Below, piece after piece: positions 52,577 through 61,667 of a stretch of DNA of 64,000 bases. Position 1 is the first letter of the stretch. The number at the start of each line of letters is the position of its first letter. The translations under genes and the position numbers were made by a program. Source of the stretch: Myxococcota bacterium (lineage in GTDB: Bacteria; Myxococcota_C; UBA6777); assembly GCA_023150835.1 (NCBI GenBank), contig JAKLKB010000021.1, forward strand, positions 63 to 64,062, read 5' to 3'. Below the pieces are notes generated by a model. The model made no database searches and had not been told where the DNA came from. It saw only the letters and a list, made by a program, of their open reading frames with translations.

Positions 52577-53515
52577 TTAGGTCCCACCGACCGCCTGATC
52601 AGAAGCCCGCTCCAAGGTTTCCGAAGCCAGCCGTTTTTTGGCGATCGCGACAGAATCAGGATCAAGTTCGAACCCGATATAGTCTCGGCCACAAGCCTTT
52701 GCAGCGACCAAGGTCGAGCCGCTGCCGCAAAAGGGATCCAGAACCGTCTGCCCTTTTTGGGTGGTCAGCTCGATGAGAACACGCATAAGGCTGAGTGGTT
52801 TTTGGGCCAAATGGAGACCGCTCTCGCCTCGCGCAAAGCCGGAGCGGAGGATGTTGTCGGGCGTTTTTTCGTACGCAACAAACGCGGTTTCGTTGTAGGC
52901 TCCGACCTCGTGCGTGACAACGTTGTCAGCGATGGTTGAACCGATCGGGTAGGGCTTGACAAACCAAAGGACGGGTTCGTAGGTCGGGCGAAGATTTCCG
53001 ACCCGCCATCCTTCCCATCGCGAAGCGTTCTCGCTGTCGCCTCTTCGGTCGAAAACCACGCTCACTCGTTGCGCTCGGTGAGGCGCGGACTCTCGAAGCC
53101 AAGCCAGCGAGTCTTTGAACGTGAACCCGACATCCTCGAAAGCCACAACACATCGGTGTGAGAGTCTTCGTCCCGCAAAAACCATCGCGGATCCGCCCGG
53201 CTTTAGGACGCGCAGCCATTGTTGTGCAAAGGACGCACACCATCGTTGGTATTCCAAGGGAATCTTTCGATCGGCTTCGGACCAGCCATTCAAGGGTTTT
53301 CCTCTGCGCTTGAATACGGAACCTGCGCGTTCTTGGGCTGGACTGGAGCCAAGCAGGGCAGCGTTGGTGTTGTTGTGCAAGACATCCCACTCGTCAGCAC
53401 CGATGCCGTAGGGGATATCACTCAAGATCAGATGAACACTTTGCGTTGGAAGCTCCGAAACACCTGCGATTCCGTCGCCTTGAACGACATGATTCAGACG
53501 CGTGTGATTGCTCAT
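52577..53515 (-). CDS. Beta-class (N6-adenine or N4-cytosine) DNA methyltransferase
   Basis: The motif order is IV then I. LILSDIPYGI (a DPPY-type motif in the variant form DIPY) is near the N-terminus. HLAQKPLSLMRVLI and VLDPFCGSGSTLVAAKACGRDYIGFELD are near the C-terminus. No restriction endonuclease candidate is adjacent. Confidence 0.85.
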   Translation of the reverse strand: MSNHTRLNHVVQGDGIAGVSELPTQSVHLILSDIPYGIGADEWDVLHNNTNAALLGSSPAQERAGSVFKRRGKPLNGWSEADRKIPLEYQRWCASFAQQWLRVLKPGGSAMVFAGRRLSHRCVVAFEDVGFTFKDSLAWLRESAPHRAQRVSVVFDRRGDSENASRWEGWRVGNLRPTYEPVLWFVKPYPIGSTIADNVVTHEVGAYNETAFVAYEKTPDNILRSGFARGESGLHLAQKPLSLMRVLIELTTQKGQTVLDPFCGSGSTLVAAKACGRDYIGFELDPDSVAIAKKRLASETLERASDQAVGGT

Positions 53516-53551
53516 TTGCTTCGTGCGCTTTCTTGAGATCGCATCAGAAGA

Positions 53552-54787
53552 TTAAGGGCGTTGATCAGGGCGCATACAGCGGCATTTGACGCGGGGGCCG
53601 GGGGCGAGGCATTGGCCTTTTTCGTCGTACTGATAACAAGGCTTGGCACAACGCCAGATCTGGCCTTGGGGGCAGGGTTGAGGGGGTTGGGTGTTTGGAG
53701 GGGAGGGGTTGTTTTGAACGATCGAGCGGTGGGAGGGAGGTGTGTTTGTGGGGGGCATGGTTGCAGAAAAGGCCGAAGAACGGGGAGGTTGGAGAAAGGC
53801 AAAGGCGAGGCGCAAGGAGACGGCGGTGGGAGCGGCGTTTGGGGTGGGGCGAAAGCGCATACGTTGGACTTGTTGAAGCAAACAGGAATGGAGAGAGGCG
53901 TGTTGAAGGGTGGCGGATCCGATGTGGGCTTGTTGTGGACGCCCGAAGGATGGGATGGTGTAGCGCAGCGTGATCTCGCCTTGGGGGGGATAAGGGCGGA
54001 TATCGCGGAGGTTGCGATAGCATCGTGTAAAAAAAGGCATACGTTGGCGGGCCGCTGTTTGCAATCGCGTTTGGGCGATGGGGCCGTTGCTTTGGATGCC
54101 CAAGATGCGGATGTTCGGCTGTTTGTGGACAAACCAACACTTGCAGACGGGCTGCGGAGCTTGTTGGATGCAGCGTTTTCGGGCGTCTCTGGAAAGACAA
54201 GGGCGCAAGCATCGGTGTTGATGGCCTTCTGGGCAAGAAGAGTCCGTGTTGTGGGGGGGCGTGTTTTCGGTGCTTTTGGGGGGCAGGAGCGCTGAGCCTT
54301 GTGTGGGGTCTTTCGAGGCCGCTGCGGTTTGGGGTGGTGTGTGTGGAAGAAGCGGATCGGTCGATGGCGAAGAAGGCGGAGTCGCGGTGGTGTGGGGAGG
54401 CGAGTTTGTGGTGGATAGAGGATTTGTGGGCGAAGAGTGCGTGGAGGCAGAGAGCCGAGCAGCGGGCGTTGCAGGGGGAGGCGTGGTGGGGTCGGTGGGG
54501 TCGGGTGTCCCGAGCGATGGAGGAGCAGGATTCATATAACCGCGCCAATAGCCCGATACACCGAAGAGAAGCAGTAGCGACATCCAGATCCAGCCAAGTC
54601 TTGCGTGTTGGCTTGTGCGTTCGGCGCGTTGAAGGCGGAGGCTGAGATCTTCGATCTGCGCCATGAGACGGCCTTGTTCGCGTAGAGCCTGATCGCGCTC
54701 GGCTTCGATACTTGGAGGGATGGGCGTCGAGGGGTTTGGTGCGTGCGAAGCATCCGAAGAAAAAGCAGACGTAGGTTGCGGCATCAA
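53552..54787 (-). CDS. AgmX/TonB-C-like domain protein with coiled coil, TM segment and Pro/Thr linker
   Basis: The frame was chosen because of three features. One is the coiled-coil N-terminus (EAERDQALREQGRLMAQIEDLSLRLQRAE). The second is the TM segment (WIWMSLLLLFGVSGYW). The third is the domain FFTRCYRNL...GEITLRYTIPSFGRPQQAHIGSATLQHASLHSCLLQQVQRMRF, which matches the AgmX/PglI C-terminal pattern. Other frames here are also open. Confidence 0.6.
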   Translation of the reverse strand: MMPQPTSAFSSDASHAPNPSTPIPPSIEAERDQALREQGRLMAQIEDLSLRLQRAERTSQHARLGWIWMSLLLLFGVSGYWRGYMNPAPPSLGTPDPTDPTTPPPATPAARLSASTHSSPTNPLSTTNSPPHTTATPPSSPSTDPLLPHTPPQTAAASKDPTQGSALLPPKSTENTPPHNTDSSCPEGHQHRCLRPCLSRDARKRCIQQAPQPVCKCWFVHKQPNIRILGIQSNGPIAQTRLQTAARQRMPFFTRCYRNLRDIRPYPPQGEITLRYTIPSFGRPQQAHIGSATLQHASLHSCLLQQVQRMRFRPTPNAAPTAVSLRLAFAFLQPPRSSAFSATMPPTNTPPSHRSIVQNNPSPPNTQPPQPCPQGQIWRCAKPCYQYDEKGQCLAPGPRVKCRCMRPDQRP

Positions 54788-54849
54788 GATCTTCCTGCGT
54801 ATGTATCGAAAAGAACAGCAAGCGAAACGGTACGCCGCATCTTAGACGA

Positions 54850-54920
54850 GATCCATCCGTGAAGTAAGTGAAAAAGTAGGGGCAGCCCCCCGTGGCTGCC
54901 CAGCCACAGGGCGTTTACAA
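54850..54920 (-). repeat. REP-like element, family 1 (inverted copy)
   Basis: The reverse complement reads gggcagccacggggggctgcccctactttttcacttacttcacggatggatc. This aligns with 61705-61760. Confidence 0.75.
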
Positions 54921-54987
54921 TGAACCGTATCGACGCTTGTGGGTACGCTTCTCATGGACCATGATCGCAAACGAATCGCGTGCTAAC

Positions 54988-55359
54988 CTAGCACGCCGTG
55001 GTACCGATGGGATTGACGGTACCGTGAGTGTGTACATCCGCGTCGTCATCGAATCCGAGTCTGGCGAGGGTTTTGGCGAGAAGGTGAGCGGGTGGTTCTT
55101 GATCGTGCCATAGGGTGAGAAGACTTTGTTGTTGTTGGGCTTGGGCGTGGAGCGTTTGACATTGTGGCGAACTTGCGATCTCGGCCTCGACACGTTTGGA
55201 TTCCTCTTCGGACAACAACGCATACAAATAAGCGTTCATTTGATCCTCCGGGCTTGCCACTTCGAGACCTTCTGACGCAAGGGCATCTTGGGTAAATGAC
55301 TTGGTAGATTGTGCGAGGTCGGCAAGGAAGTGGATGTTGTTTTTCTTTGAAGAGTTCAT
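54988..55359 (-). CDS. Putative anti-sigma factor (small, follows the ECF sigma gene)
   Basis: It lies directly downstream of the ECF sigma gene. The segment MNAYLYALLSEEESKRVEAEIASSPQCQTLH resembles the N-terminal helix of anti-sigma factors (a degenerate HxxxCxxC). An alternative start at ATG 55239 is preceded by GGAGGA and would give an 83 aa product. Confidence 0.5.
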   Translation of the reverse strand: MNSSKKNNIHFLADLAQSTKSFTQDALASEGLEVASPEDQMNAYLYALLSEEESKRVEAEIASSPQCQTLHAQAQQQQSLLTLWHDQEPPAHLLAKTLARLGFDDDADVHTHGTVNPIGTTAC

Positions 55360-55384
55360 GGCCGTAGCCCTTTCTTGTGCATCT

Positions 55385-56086
55385 TTAGAGGGATGGTTTG
55401 TGGTGTGTGTTTTTTTGTGATTTGGGGTTTTTAGAAGAAGTCGAAGAGGAAGAGTCGTCGAGGGTATCAGAATCTTTGAGATCTCGAGGATTATCGCCTG
55501 TAGGGCTAAGCTGTCGGAGGTAATGACTGAGTTTTTGGAGGGCGGTGTGCATTCTGGACTTGACGGTGCCGAGGGGGATATCGAGGGTTTCGGCGATCTG
55601 TTCGTAGGGGAGGTGTTGGTACTGGTAGAGGACGAAGACGGCACGGATGGCGGGGGGTAATTTTTCGACAGCTTCTTGGATACGTGCGCCGAGTTGTTGG
55701 CGGTAGAGTTCGTCTTCGGGGTTGGGGGAGTGCCCTTCGAGACGATCGGCGAGGGTTTGGTTGGTGTCGCCTTGTTCGGCTTCGAGGGAGACGTTGTGAC
55801 GGTTGCGTTGGCTGCGCAAGGCGTCGATACAGATGTTGTGTGCGATGCGGTAGGCCCAAGGAGAGAAGGAGGCACCGCCGCGAAAGTGTTCGAGATTGTT
55901 GTAGATGCGAAGGAAGGTTTCTTGGAAGAGTTCTTCGGCGACGGCGGGTTGTCGTACCATGCGGAGGATGTAGTTGTAGAGGGGGCGTTGGTAGCGTTGG
56001 AGGAGTTCTGCGAAGGCGCGTCGATTGTTGTGTTGACGGGCGGCTTCAACGAGGTCGAGGTCGGTCAAGGTCGCATAGTTGGTCAT
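55385..56086 (-). CDS. ECF-type RNA polymerase sigma factor (sigma-70 family, group 4)
   Basis: Region 2 is FAELLQRYQRPLYNYILRMV...AEELFQETFLRIY...FSPWAYRIAHNICIDALR. Region 4 is AVFVLYQYQHLPYEQIAETLDIPLGTVKSRMHTALQKL. The start at ATG 56086 (MTNYATL) lies within a longer ORF. Confidence 0.9.
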   Translation of the reverse strand: MTNYATLTDLDLVEAARQHNNRRAFAELLQRYQRPLYNYILRMVRQPAVAEELFQETFLRIYNNLEHFRGGASFSPWAYRIAHNICIDALRSQRNRHNVSLEAEQGDTNQTLADRLEGHSPNPEDELYRQQLGARIQEAVEKLPPAIRAVFVLYQYQHLPYEQIAETLDIPLGTVKSRMHTALQKLSHYLRQLSPTGDNPRDLKDSDTLDDSSSSTSSKNPKSQKNTHHKPSL

Positions 56087-56660
56087 CGGTATCCACGATC
56101 CCATCGGGAGAAGGAGAGCCCAAGGCGTCGTTGGGGCTACGTGATCTATGCAGAGAGTTTCGCGGGCGTTTGAGGCGTGGAGGTCGGATTCATGGGGCAT
56201 AAAGAGCAGGACTCGCGCAGCACGTTGTTTGTCGCGACAGGGTTTTCGCGAGGACAAGGCCGCATCGCCAGGCGAGTACTGTGGGCCGGAAACCGCCAGC
56301 GTTGGGGTCGGTTGGTGATCGAGGGGTAGCCAACAACCGGCCACAAAGAGAGGAAGCATAGAACGCGAAGAGGGGATCGTCAAGCGAGGGCAAGAGGAAG
56401 GAAGGAAAGGTGATGCGCCTTGGAGGCCCTTGGTGTGGGGCTTTTGTAAGTCGAGATGTTTTTGGTGAAAGGCGGCGATCATGCGTGTATTCCTTGTTTG
56501 ATCCGATCTTCCTCGTGGTGTGGAGCGTAGAGGTCGGGAGTATCCGACGAAGAGCAGGCCGCTCGATCGCTTGGCGATGGATGCGGTGCGCAGAATGTGC
56601 TGTTTTACGGAGCGGCTTTTGGATTGGTTCGTTTCTTGTTTGCGATGGAGAGATGTGAAG

Positions 56661-57464
56661 GTGGAAAAGAAGAAAGAGCGGTTGGACAAGATGTTGGTGG
56701 ATCGGGGGATGTGTGAGAGTCGGGCGAAGGCGCAAGGGTTGATTATGGCGGGTCAGATCGTCGTGGGAGATCAGCGGGTGGAGAAAGCGGGTGCGATGGT
56801 GAGCGTGGACGCAGAGATCCGAATCAAGGGGGAGGTGTTGCCGTACGTGTCGCGTGGGGGGTTAAAGTTGGCAGCGGCGTTGGATGCGTGGGAGGTGCGG
56901 GTGGACGTAGATTGTGCGGTGGATCTAGGTGCATCGACGGGCGGATTTACAGATTGCCTTTTGCAGCGGGGGTGTCGTAAAGTCGTAGCGATCGATGTGG
57001 GTTATGGACAGCTTCATCCCAAGCTGCGAAGCGATCCGCGAGTGATCAACCTAGAGCGAACGAATGCGCGGTATGTCGTGCGTGAGGATCTGCCGTTGGG
57101 ACCGAGTGATTCGATTGGATTGTTGGTGGCAGATCTATCGTTTATCTCGTTGGAGTTGGTGATCGAGGCGATGGTAGGGCTGGTTTCAGAGGGCGGCGAG
57201 TATCTTTGGTTGATCAAGCCGCAGTTTGAGGTGGGCCGAGAGCAAGTGGGTCGTGGTGGCGTGGTGCGCGAGGAGGAGATGCGGCAGCGGTGCGCGGAAG
57301 AGATCAGCGCGGTGGCAGCGCGTTATGGTCTGCGGGAGTTGCGGCGGATGGATTGTCCAATTCACGGTCCGAAGGGCAATATCGAGATCTTGATGTGGTT
57401 GCGAAAAGAGGGTACGCCTCTCATTCAACAAGAGGAACGGAGCAGCGAAAGCGATGCAGCGTGA
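56661..57464 (+). CDS. tlyA: TlyA-family rRNA (cytidine-2'-O)-methyltransferase
   Basis: The S4-like N-terminus is KKERLDKMLVDRGMCESRAKAQGLIMAGQIVVGDQRV. The FtsJ motif is VDLGASTGGFTDCLLQRG, and LIKPQFE is also present. The start is inferred at GTG 56661 or 56655. Confidence 0.8.
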   Translation: MEKKKERLDKMLVDRGMCESRAKAQGLIMAGQIVVGDQRVEKAGAMVSVDAEIRIKGEVLPYVSRGGLKLAAALDAWEVRVDVDCAVDLGASTGGFTDCLLQRGCRKVVAIDVGYGQLHPKLRSDPRVINLERTNARYVVREDLPLGPSDSIGLLVADLSFISLELVIEAMVGLVSEGGEYLWLIKPQFEVGREQVGRGGVVREEEMRQRCAEEISAVAARYGLRELRRMDCPIHGPKGNIEILMWLRKEGTPLIQQEERSSESDAA

Positions 57465-58992
57465 GCAGAAAAGCGCGAAACAACGGCGTATGCAAAGGAT
57501 TCGGGGTTGGGTTGTGCGGTGGGGCTGGGTTGGGTTGTGTGTGTGTGTGTGGTTATGTGCGATAGGATGGGATCATGACGCCCATGCAGCGGGGTTTTTT
57601 GTTCCTTCGGTGGGTGCGCGAGCGAGTGGTATGGGGGGAGCGTTTATTGCGGGGGGCGATGATCTGACGGTGATGTGGCACAACCCTGCGAACCTTGCGC
57701 GGATCAGTGGTTTGCAAGTGCAGTTGGATGGGGCGTTTGTGTGGGTTCCGTTTTCGTTCACACGCGCACCGATGGATGGGAAGAAGCCGTTTCCAACGAG
57801 CGAGAATGTGGGGGATATGCAGCCTGTACCGTTTTTGGGGATCAGTTATGACTTTGGGGCGCTCAAGTTGCCGAAGATGCACAAGCTGGTGGTGGGGATC
57901 GCCGCGTGGGCTCCGTACGATGGCAATTATTATTGGGACAAAGATGGGAGCGGAAAGATCGCACAGCCCGATTGCTTGGGAGACAAGAAGGACAGTTATT
58001 TGTGCCAGACCAACGGGCCGCAACGCTACTCTTTGCAGCGTTATGATCCGATCCAGTTGTACCTTGGGATGGCGCTTTCGTACGGGTTGGAATTGCCATT
58101 TATGAGCGTCTATATCGGGGGGGGGTTCCAGCTTGTGAAGACGGATATCTATCAGAGTTTGACGGTCAAGCTGATCAACCCCGATACGACAAATACATCG
58201 GATGACGCACCGATCGAAGTGCAGGCCGGATCAGCGTTTCAGCCTTCGGGGAATTTTGGTTTGACGTTGGCCTTTCCGATCGGTTTGTCGTTGGCGGCGT
58301 CTTTCCAATTGCCGTTGGGAGTTCGGATGGAAGGGACGTTGAAGGCGGAAGTGCCGAAGGATTTTCAAGCATTGGCTTCGTTGAAGGGGGACAAGGTCAA
58401 GGTCAATTTGGAGTTGCCTTGGATCTTGCGTACAGGGATCGCGTACCAGCCGACGTTTTTTCCGCGATTGAAGCTTGAGGTATCGTTTGTGTACGAGGCT
58501 TGGAGTTCGCTCAAGGAGATCGTGCTTGATCCCTCGGAGATCACGATCGACTCGCCGATCCCTGCGTTTAAAGGCCCTGTTCCGATCGTCAAGATCCCGC
58601 GAAACTGGCAAGATTCATGGTCGGTGCGTGCGGGCGCGCAGATCGAGATCATCCAGCGTTATCTGTTTGCGCGGGCGGGCTATTTTTATGAAAGCGGCTC
58701 GGTTGCCAACAAGCACTTTAACGTGTCTTCGGCGCATGGGGAGCGCCACGGGATCGGCGTGGGGTTGGAAGGTCAGCTTCATTTTGGAAAGCACCATCTG
58801 CGCCTTGCTGCGTCATTTACGCACGTCTTTATGCAAGAATTGGTGGTCGCAAACAGCGAGGAGCGGGTGGTGATCTTGTCGCAAAAAGAAGAAGATCGCC
58901 TCAAGAATCCGCCACCTGCCGTTGGAAACGGGACGTATCGGGCGGGGATGGAGTTGTTTTTGTTGTCGCTGACGTACCACTGGGGCGATTAA
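57454..58992 (+). CDS. Outer membrane transport protein, OmpP1/FadL/TodX family
   Basis: A signal peptide is followed by the family-typical GFFVPSVGARASGMGGAFIAGGDDLTVMWHNPANLA. The rest of the protein shows a beta-strand pattern. The start overlaps the end of tlyA by 11 nt. Confidence 0.75.
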   Translation: MQREQKSAKQRRMQRIRGWVVRWGWVGLCVCVWLCAIGWDHDAHAAGFFVPSVGARASGMGGAFIAGGDDLTVMWHNPANLARISGLQVQLDGAFVWVPFSFTRAPMDGKKPFPTSENVGDMQPVPFLGISYDFGALKLPKMHKLVVGIAAWAPYDGNYYWDKDGSGKIAQPDCLGDKKDSYLCQTNGPQRYSLQRYDPIQLYLGMALSYGLELPFMSVYIGGGFQLVKTDIYQSLTVKLINPDTTNTSDDAPIEVQAGSAFQPSGNFGLTLAFPIGLSLAASFQLPLGVRMEGTLKAEVPKDFQALASLKGDKVKVNLELPWILRTGIAYQPTFFPRLKLEVSFVYEAWSSLKEIVLDPSEITIDSPIPAFKGPVPIVKIPRNWQDSWSVRAGAQIEIIQRYLFARAGYFYESGSVANKHFNVSSAHGERHGIGVGLEGQLHFGKHHLRLAASFTHVFMQELVVANSEERVVILSQKEEDRLKNPPPAVGNGTYRAGMELFLLSLTYHWGD

Positions 58993-58998
58993 AAAAGC

Positions 58999-61026
58999 TC
59001 AAGAAAAAGAGGAGGATGAGGAGCGGGAGGGGGATTCTTCGCGGGTGTCATGGTTCCAAAGCAGAAAGACGCCTGTAAAGACGGCGAGATTGGCGGCGCT
59101 CAGGAAAAGATAGACCCATGAGGGGTAGAGGATCGCGGCGATCATGCAAAAGAAATACATGACAACATAGCGAAGCATCCGCCAATCGAGGGAGATCATC
59201 ATACTGGCTGTGAATGCAAAGACCATCGGCATCTCAAGGACGAGCATTTGATGGGGGGTGGTGTTGGCGCGCATCCCTGCGAGTCCATGAAAAATGAAGG
59301 TAAACGCCAAGAGCAAGATGTTGTAAGAGATCTTGCGATTGATGGCATTTTGGAGGAGGCGTCCGCGCATCAGATAAAACAAGCCCGCGATCAGGAGGGT
59401 GGAGACGATATCGGACTGAATGCGATCCCACATCCCGCCTTGGGAGTAGCCGGCTTGTTCGAGATAGCGGGTGATTAAGGGAGAGAGGCCCCATGTAAAG
59501 CCCAAGGCAAGGGCAAAATAGCTGCGTCCTCTTGCGCCGATGGTGAGGCTCGCGTCTTGCTCCATCTGCTTGAGTTTGCTGTATTCTTCGGCACGTTGGA
59601 AGTCGTGTTGAAGAAGATCTTGGATCGCTTGTTGGAGAGGTTCATTTTCGGCGGGAGGCAGGGGATCTTGCTTGTTGAGTTCGTGCAAGAGGCGTTGGGC
59701 AGCGCGGGCGTTGCGTTGTTGGATCTCGTAGCGGATCATCAAGGTGAGTGCGCCTTGGAGACCTGCGCGTGCGTGCGGATTGTCGGGCCATTCGCGCAAG
59801 GCCTGTTGGAATCCAAAGCGCGCTTCGGAAAAGAAGCTATGGATCTGAACGTGGGGATCGTTGTAGCGGCTATCATGGAAATCTTCGGCGTGTTGGAGGG
59901 TTTTGCTGAGATCGCGTAATCGCTGTTCTGCGTACTCGCTGAGCTGCCGAGAGCTGCGGTGTTTAAGAAAAGCCGCGAGGGCTTGGCGCAGTTCTTGGGC
60001 GGTACGGAATCGTAGGTTTTGATCGAAGTGCATGGCTTTGTGTGCGATGGCCGCGAGATCAGGGGGGAGGTGTCGTGGGTAAGGGTAGGGCGGAGAAGAG
60101 TAGGCGTGATGGAGGATCTCGGCGATACTTTGGCCTGTATGGGGAGCTTGGCCGACCATGATCTCGTGCAAGATCGCACCCAACAAGTACACGTCGGTGG
60201 TGGGACTCCATGCGGCGCGTTGCCAGTCGACCATCTCAGGCGGCATATAGGCGGGTGTACCCGAGATCCCTTTGATATCGCCGACAGAGGGGACGCCCTC
60301 AAGCGGTCCAAGCCAACTGACGGCGACACCCCAGTCCACGACGTAGACTTCGCCGAACTCGCCGATCATCACGTTGTCGGGCTTGAGATCGCGGTGCAAG
60401 ATGCCCTTGCTGTGGGCAAAGTGGATCGCGTTGCAGACCTGCATCAACGTGCGAAGGTGCCATTCGAGAGGATCAAAACCGGTATCGCTGTATTCGGGGA
60501 TCTTTTTTTCGTCGAGCAGCAGATCGCTCCATGCGAGACCTTTGACTTTTTTCATCACTAAAGCGGGGGAGTCTTCGTGGGTGCGGCCAAGCGCGTACAC
60601 AGGGATGATGTTGGGATGTTCAAGATAGCCTGTAATCCGGGCTTCTTGAAGTAGCCGTTGGACAGCTTCGTGGGTGCGGTATTCGGGGGGAAGCATCTTG
60701 ATCGCGACTTCGCGGGAGAGGGCGGATTGACTGGCAGACCAAACTTCGCCCATGCCACCGCGCCCAATGCGATCACGCAACACAAAGTTGACGCCTTCGG
60801 TGTGTTGTTCTTCGTTTTCGATCAAGAGTGGCAAGGAGCGCAGCGGGATCGCGTAGTCGCTCAGGTGAGATTCGGGCATCAACGTGGTGCGAAAAGCGAG
60901 GGTGGGTGAACTGGGGTTTCCTTCCGTAAGGGAAAGGCTCAACCAAACCTGCTCAAATTCCGCGCGCTTGGGGGATGAATCCATCTTTTTCGACTGCTCC
61001 TTTGCTTCCGCAAGGTCCGTCTCCAT
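58999..61026 (-). CDS. Ser/Thr protein kinase with a C-terminal multi-TM domain
   Basis: Kinase motifs are GRGGMGEVW, VAIKML, HRDLKPDNVMI, VVDWGVAV and GTPAYMPPE. The C-terminal ~170 aa contain several hydrophobic helices. The start at ATG 61026 is inferred; ATG 60984 is also possible. Confidence 0.85.
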   Translation of the reverse strand: METDLAEAKEQSKKMDSSPKRAEFEQVWLSLSLTEGNPSSPTLAFRTTLMPESHLSDYAIPLRSLPLLIENEEQHTEGVNFVLRDRIGRGGMGEVWSASQSALSREVAIKMLPPEYRTHEAVQRLLQEARITGYLEHPNIIPVYALGRTHEDSPALVMKKVKGLAWSDLLLDEKKIPEYSDTGFDPLEWHLRTLMQVCNAIHFAHSKGILHRDLKPDNVMIGEFGEVYVVDWGVAVSWLGPLEGVPSVGDIKGISGTPAYMPPEMVDWQRAAWSPTTDVYLLGAILHEIMVGQAPHTGQSIAEILHHAYSSPPYPYPRHLPPDLAAIAHKAMHFDQNLRFRTAQELRQALAAFLKHRSSRQLSEYAEQRLRDLSKTLQHAEDFHDSRYNDPHVQIHSFFSEARFGFQQALREWPDNPHARAGLQGALTLMIRYEIQQRNARAAQRLLHELNKQDPLPPAENEPLQQAIQDLLQHDFQRAEEYSKLKQMEQDASLTIGARGRSYFALALGFTWGLSPLITRYLEQAGYSQGGMWDRIQSDIVSTLLIAGLFYLMRGRLLQNAINRKISYNILLLAFTFIFHGLAGMRANTTPHQMLVLEMPMVFAFTASMMISLDWRMLRYVVMYFFCMIAAILYPSWVYLFLSAANLAVFTGVFLLWNHDTREESPSRSSSSSFS

Positions 61027-61480
61027 CGCGGTAGAAGCTTTCTTTTGGGGAGGGGGCCTCCGTTCCACACGGCAGATCAAAGCACAAAGCACAGCACACA
61101 ACAACTGAAAAGATGACGGTCGTTTTATCGCGCACGAAAAAACGAAAAGCAGCATATCCAAAGATCAGAAAAAATCTTGGATACGCTGCTTTTGCGTTTG
61201 AGTTGAGCTTTCGGAACACGCTCTTTCGGTTTTTGAAGCAACAGGCTGAGAAGGTGACAGACTTTTTCGCATCACATCTTTGACATGTTTTATGTATGCG
61301 CTACAGGCGCTCTGTCTGTGGGAAAAAACCAGATCACCAACAAAGAAACAAGGCATCCGACACAACAGATATCAAACATCAATCCATACGAAAAACAAAA
61401 CAAAACAAAAAGGCTTGCCAACAAAGATGCTTTCAATCATCTTTACATTAAAAAAACACAAAAAATCCTTGATCGATAGA

Positions 61481-61637
61481 ACATACTTACAAAACAAATG
61501 GCTTCATACAAAGATGCAAACACAACACATACTTACAAAACAAATGGCTTCATACAAAAATGCAAGAACAACACATACTTACAAAACAAATGGCTTCATA
61601 CAAAGATGCAAACACAACACATACTTACAAAACAAAC
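61481..61637 (+). repeat. 3.4 copies of a 46 bp tandem repeat in an A+C-rich non-coding island
   Basis: The unit acatacttacaaaacaaatggcttcatacaaagatgcaaacacaac starts at 61481, 61527 and 61573. Copy 2 has 3 substitutions. A partial copy starts at 61619. Confidence 0.95.
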
Positions 61638-61667
61638 AAGCCCAGCAGCATCATACGAGATCGGAGT

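Noticed and set aside
53512-54821. Alternative minus-strand frames 53565..54821 (418 aa) and 53512..54132 (206 aa)
   Set aside because: Only the 53552..54787 frame yields a coiled coil, a TM helix and an AgmX/TonB-C-like domain. The others are Pro/Ser/His-rich with no structure signals. Some doubt about the frame choice remains.
56087-56300. Autoregulated ECF promoter upstream of the sigma factor gene
   Set aside because: The best candidate is TGAATC ... CGCC. It has poor matches to GGAAC / CGT-type elements and uncertain spacing. It is not supportable without a transcription start site.
61481-61637. Possible CRISPR array
   Set aside because: The 46 bp units are directly adjacent with no spacers. 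No cas genes are present. The repeat is not palindromic.
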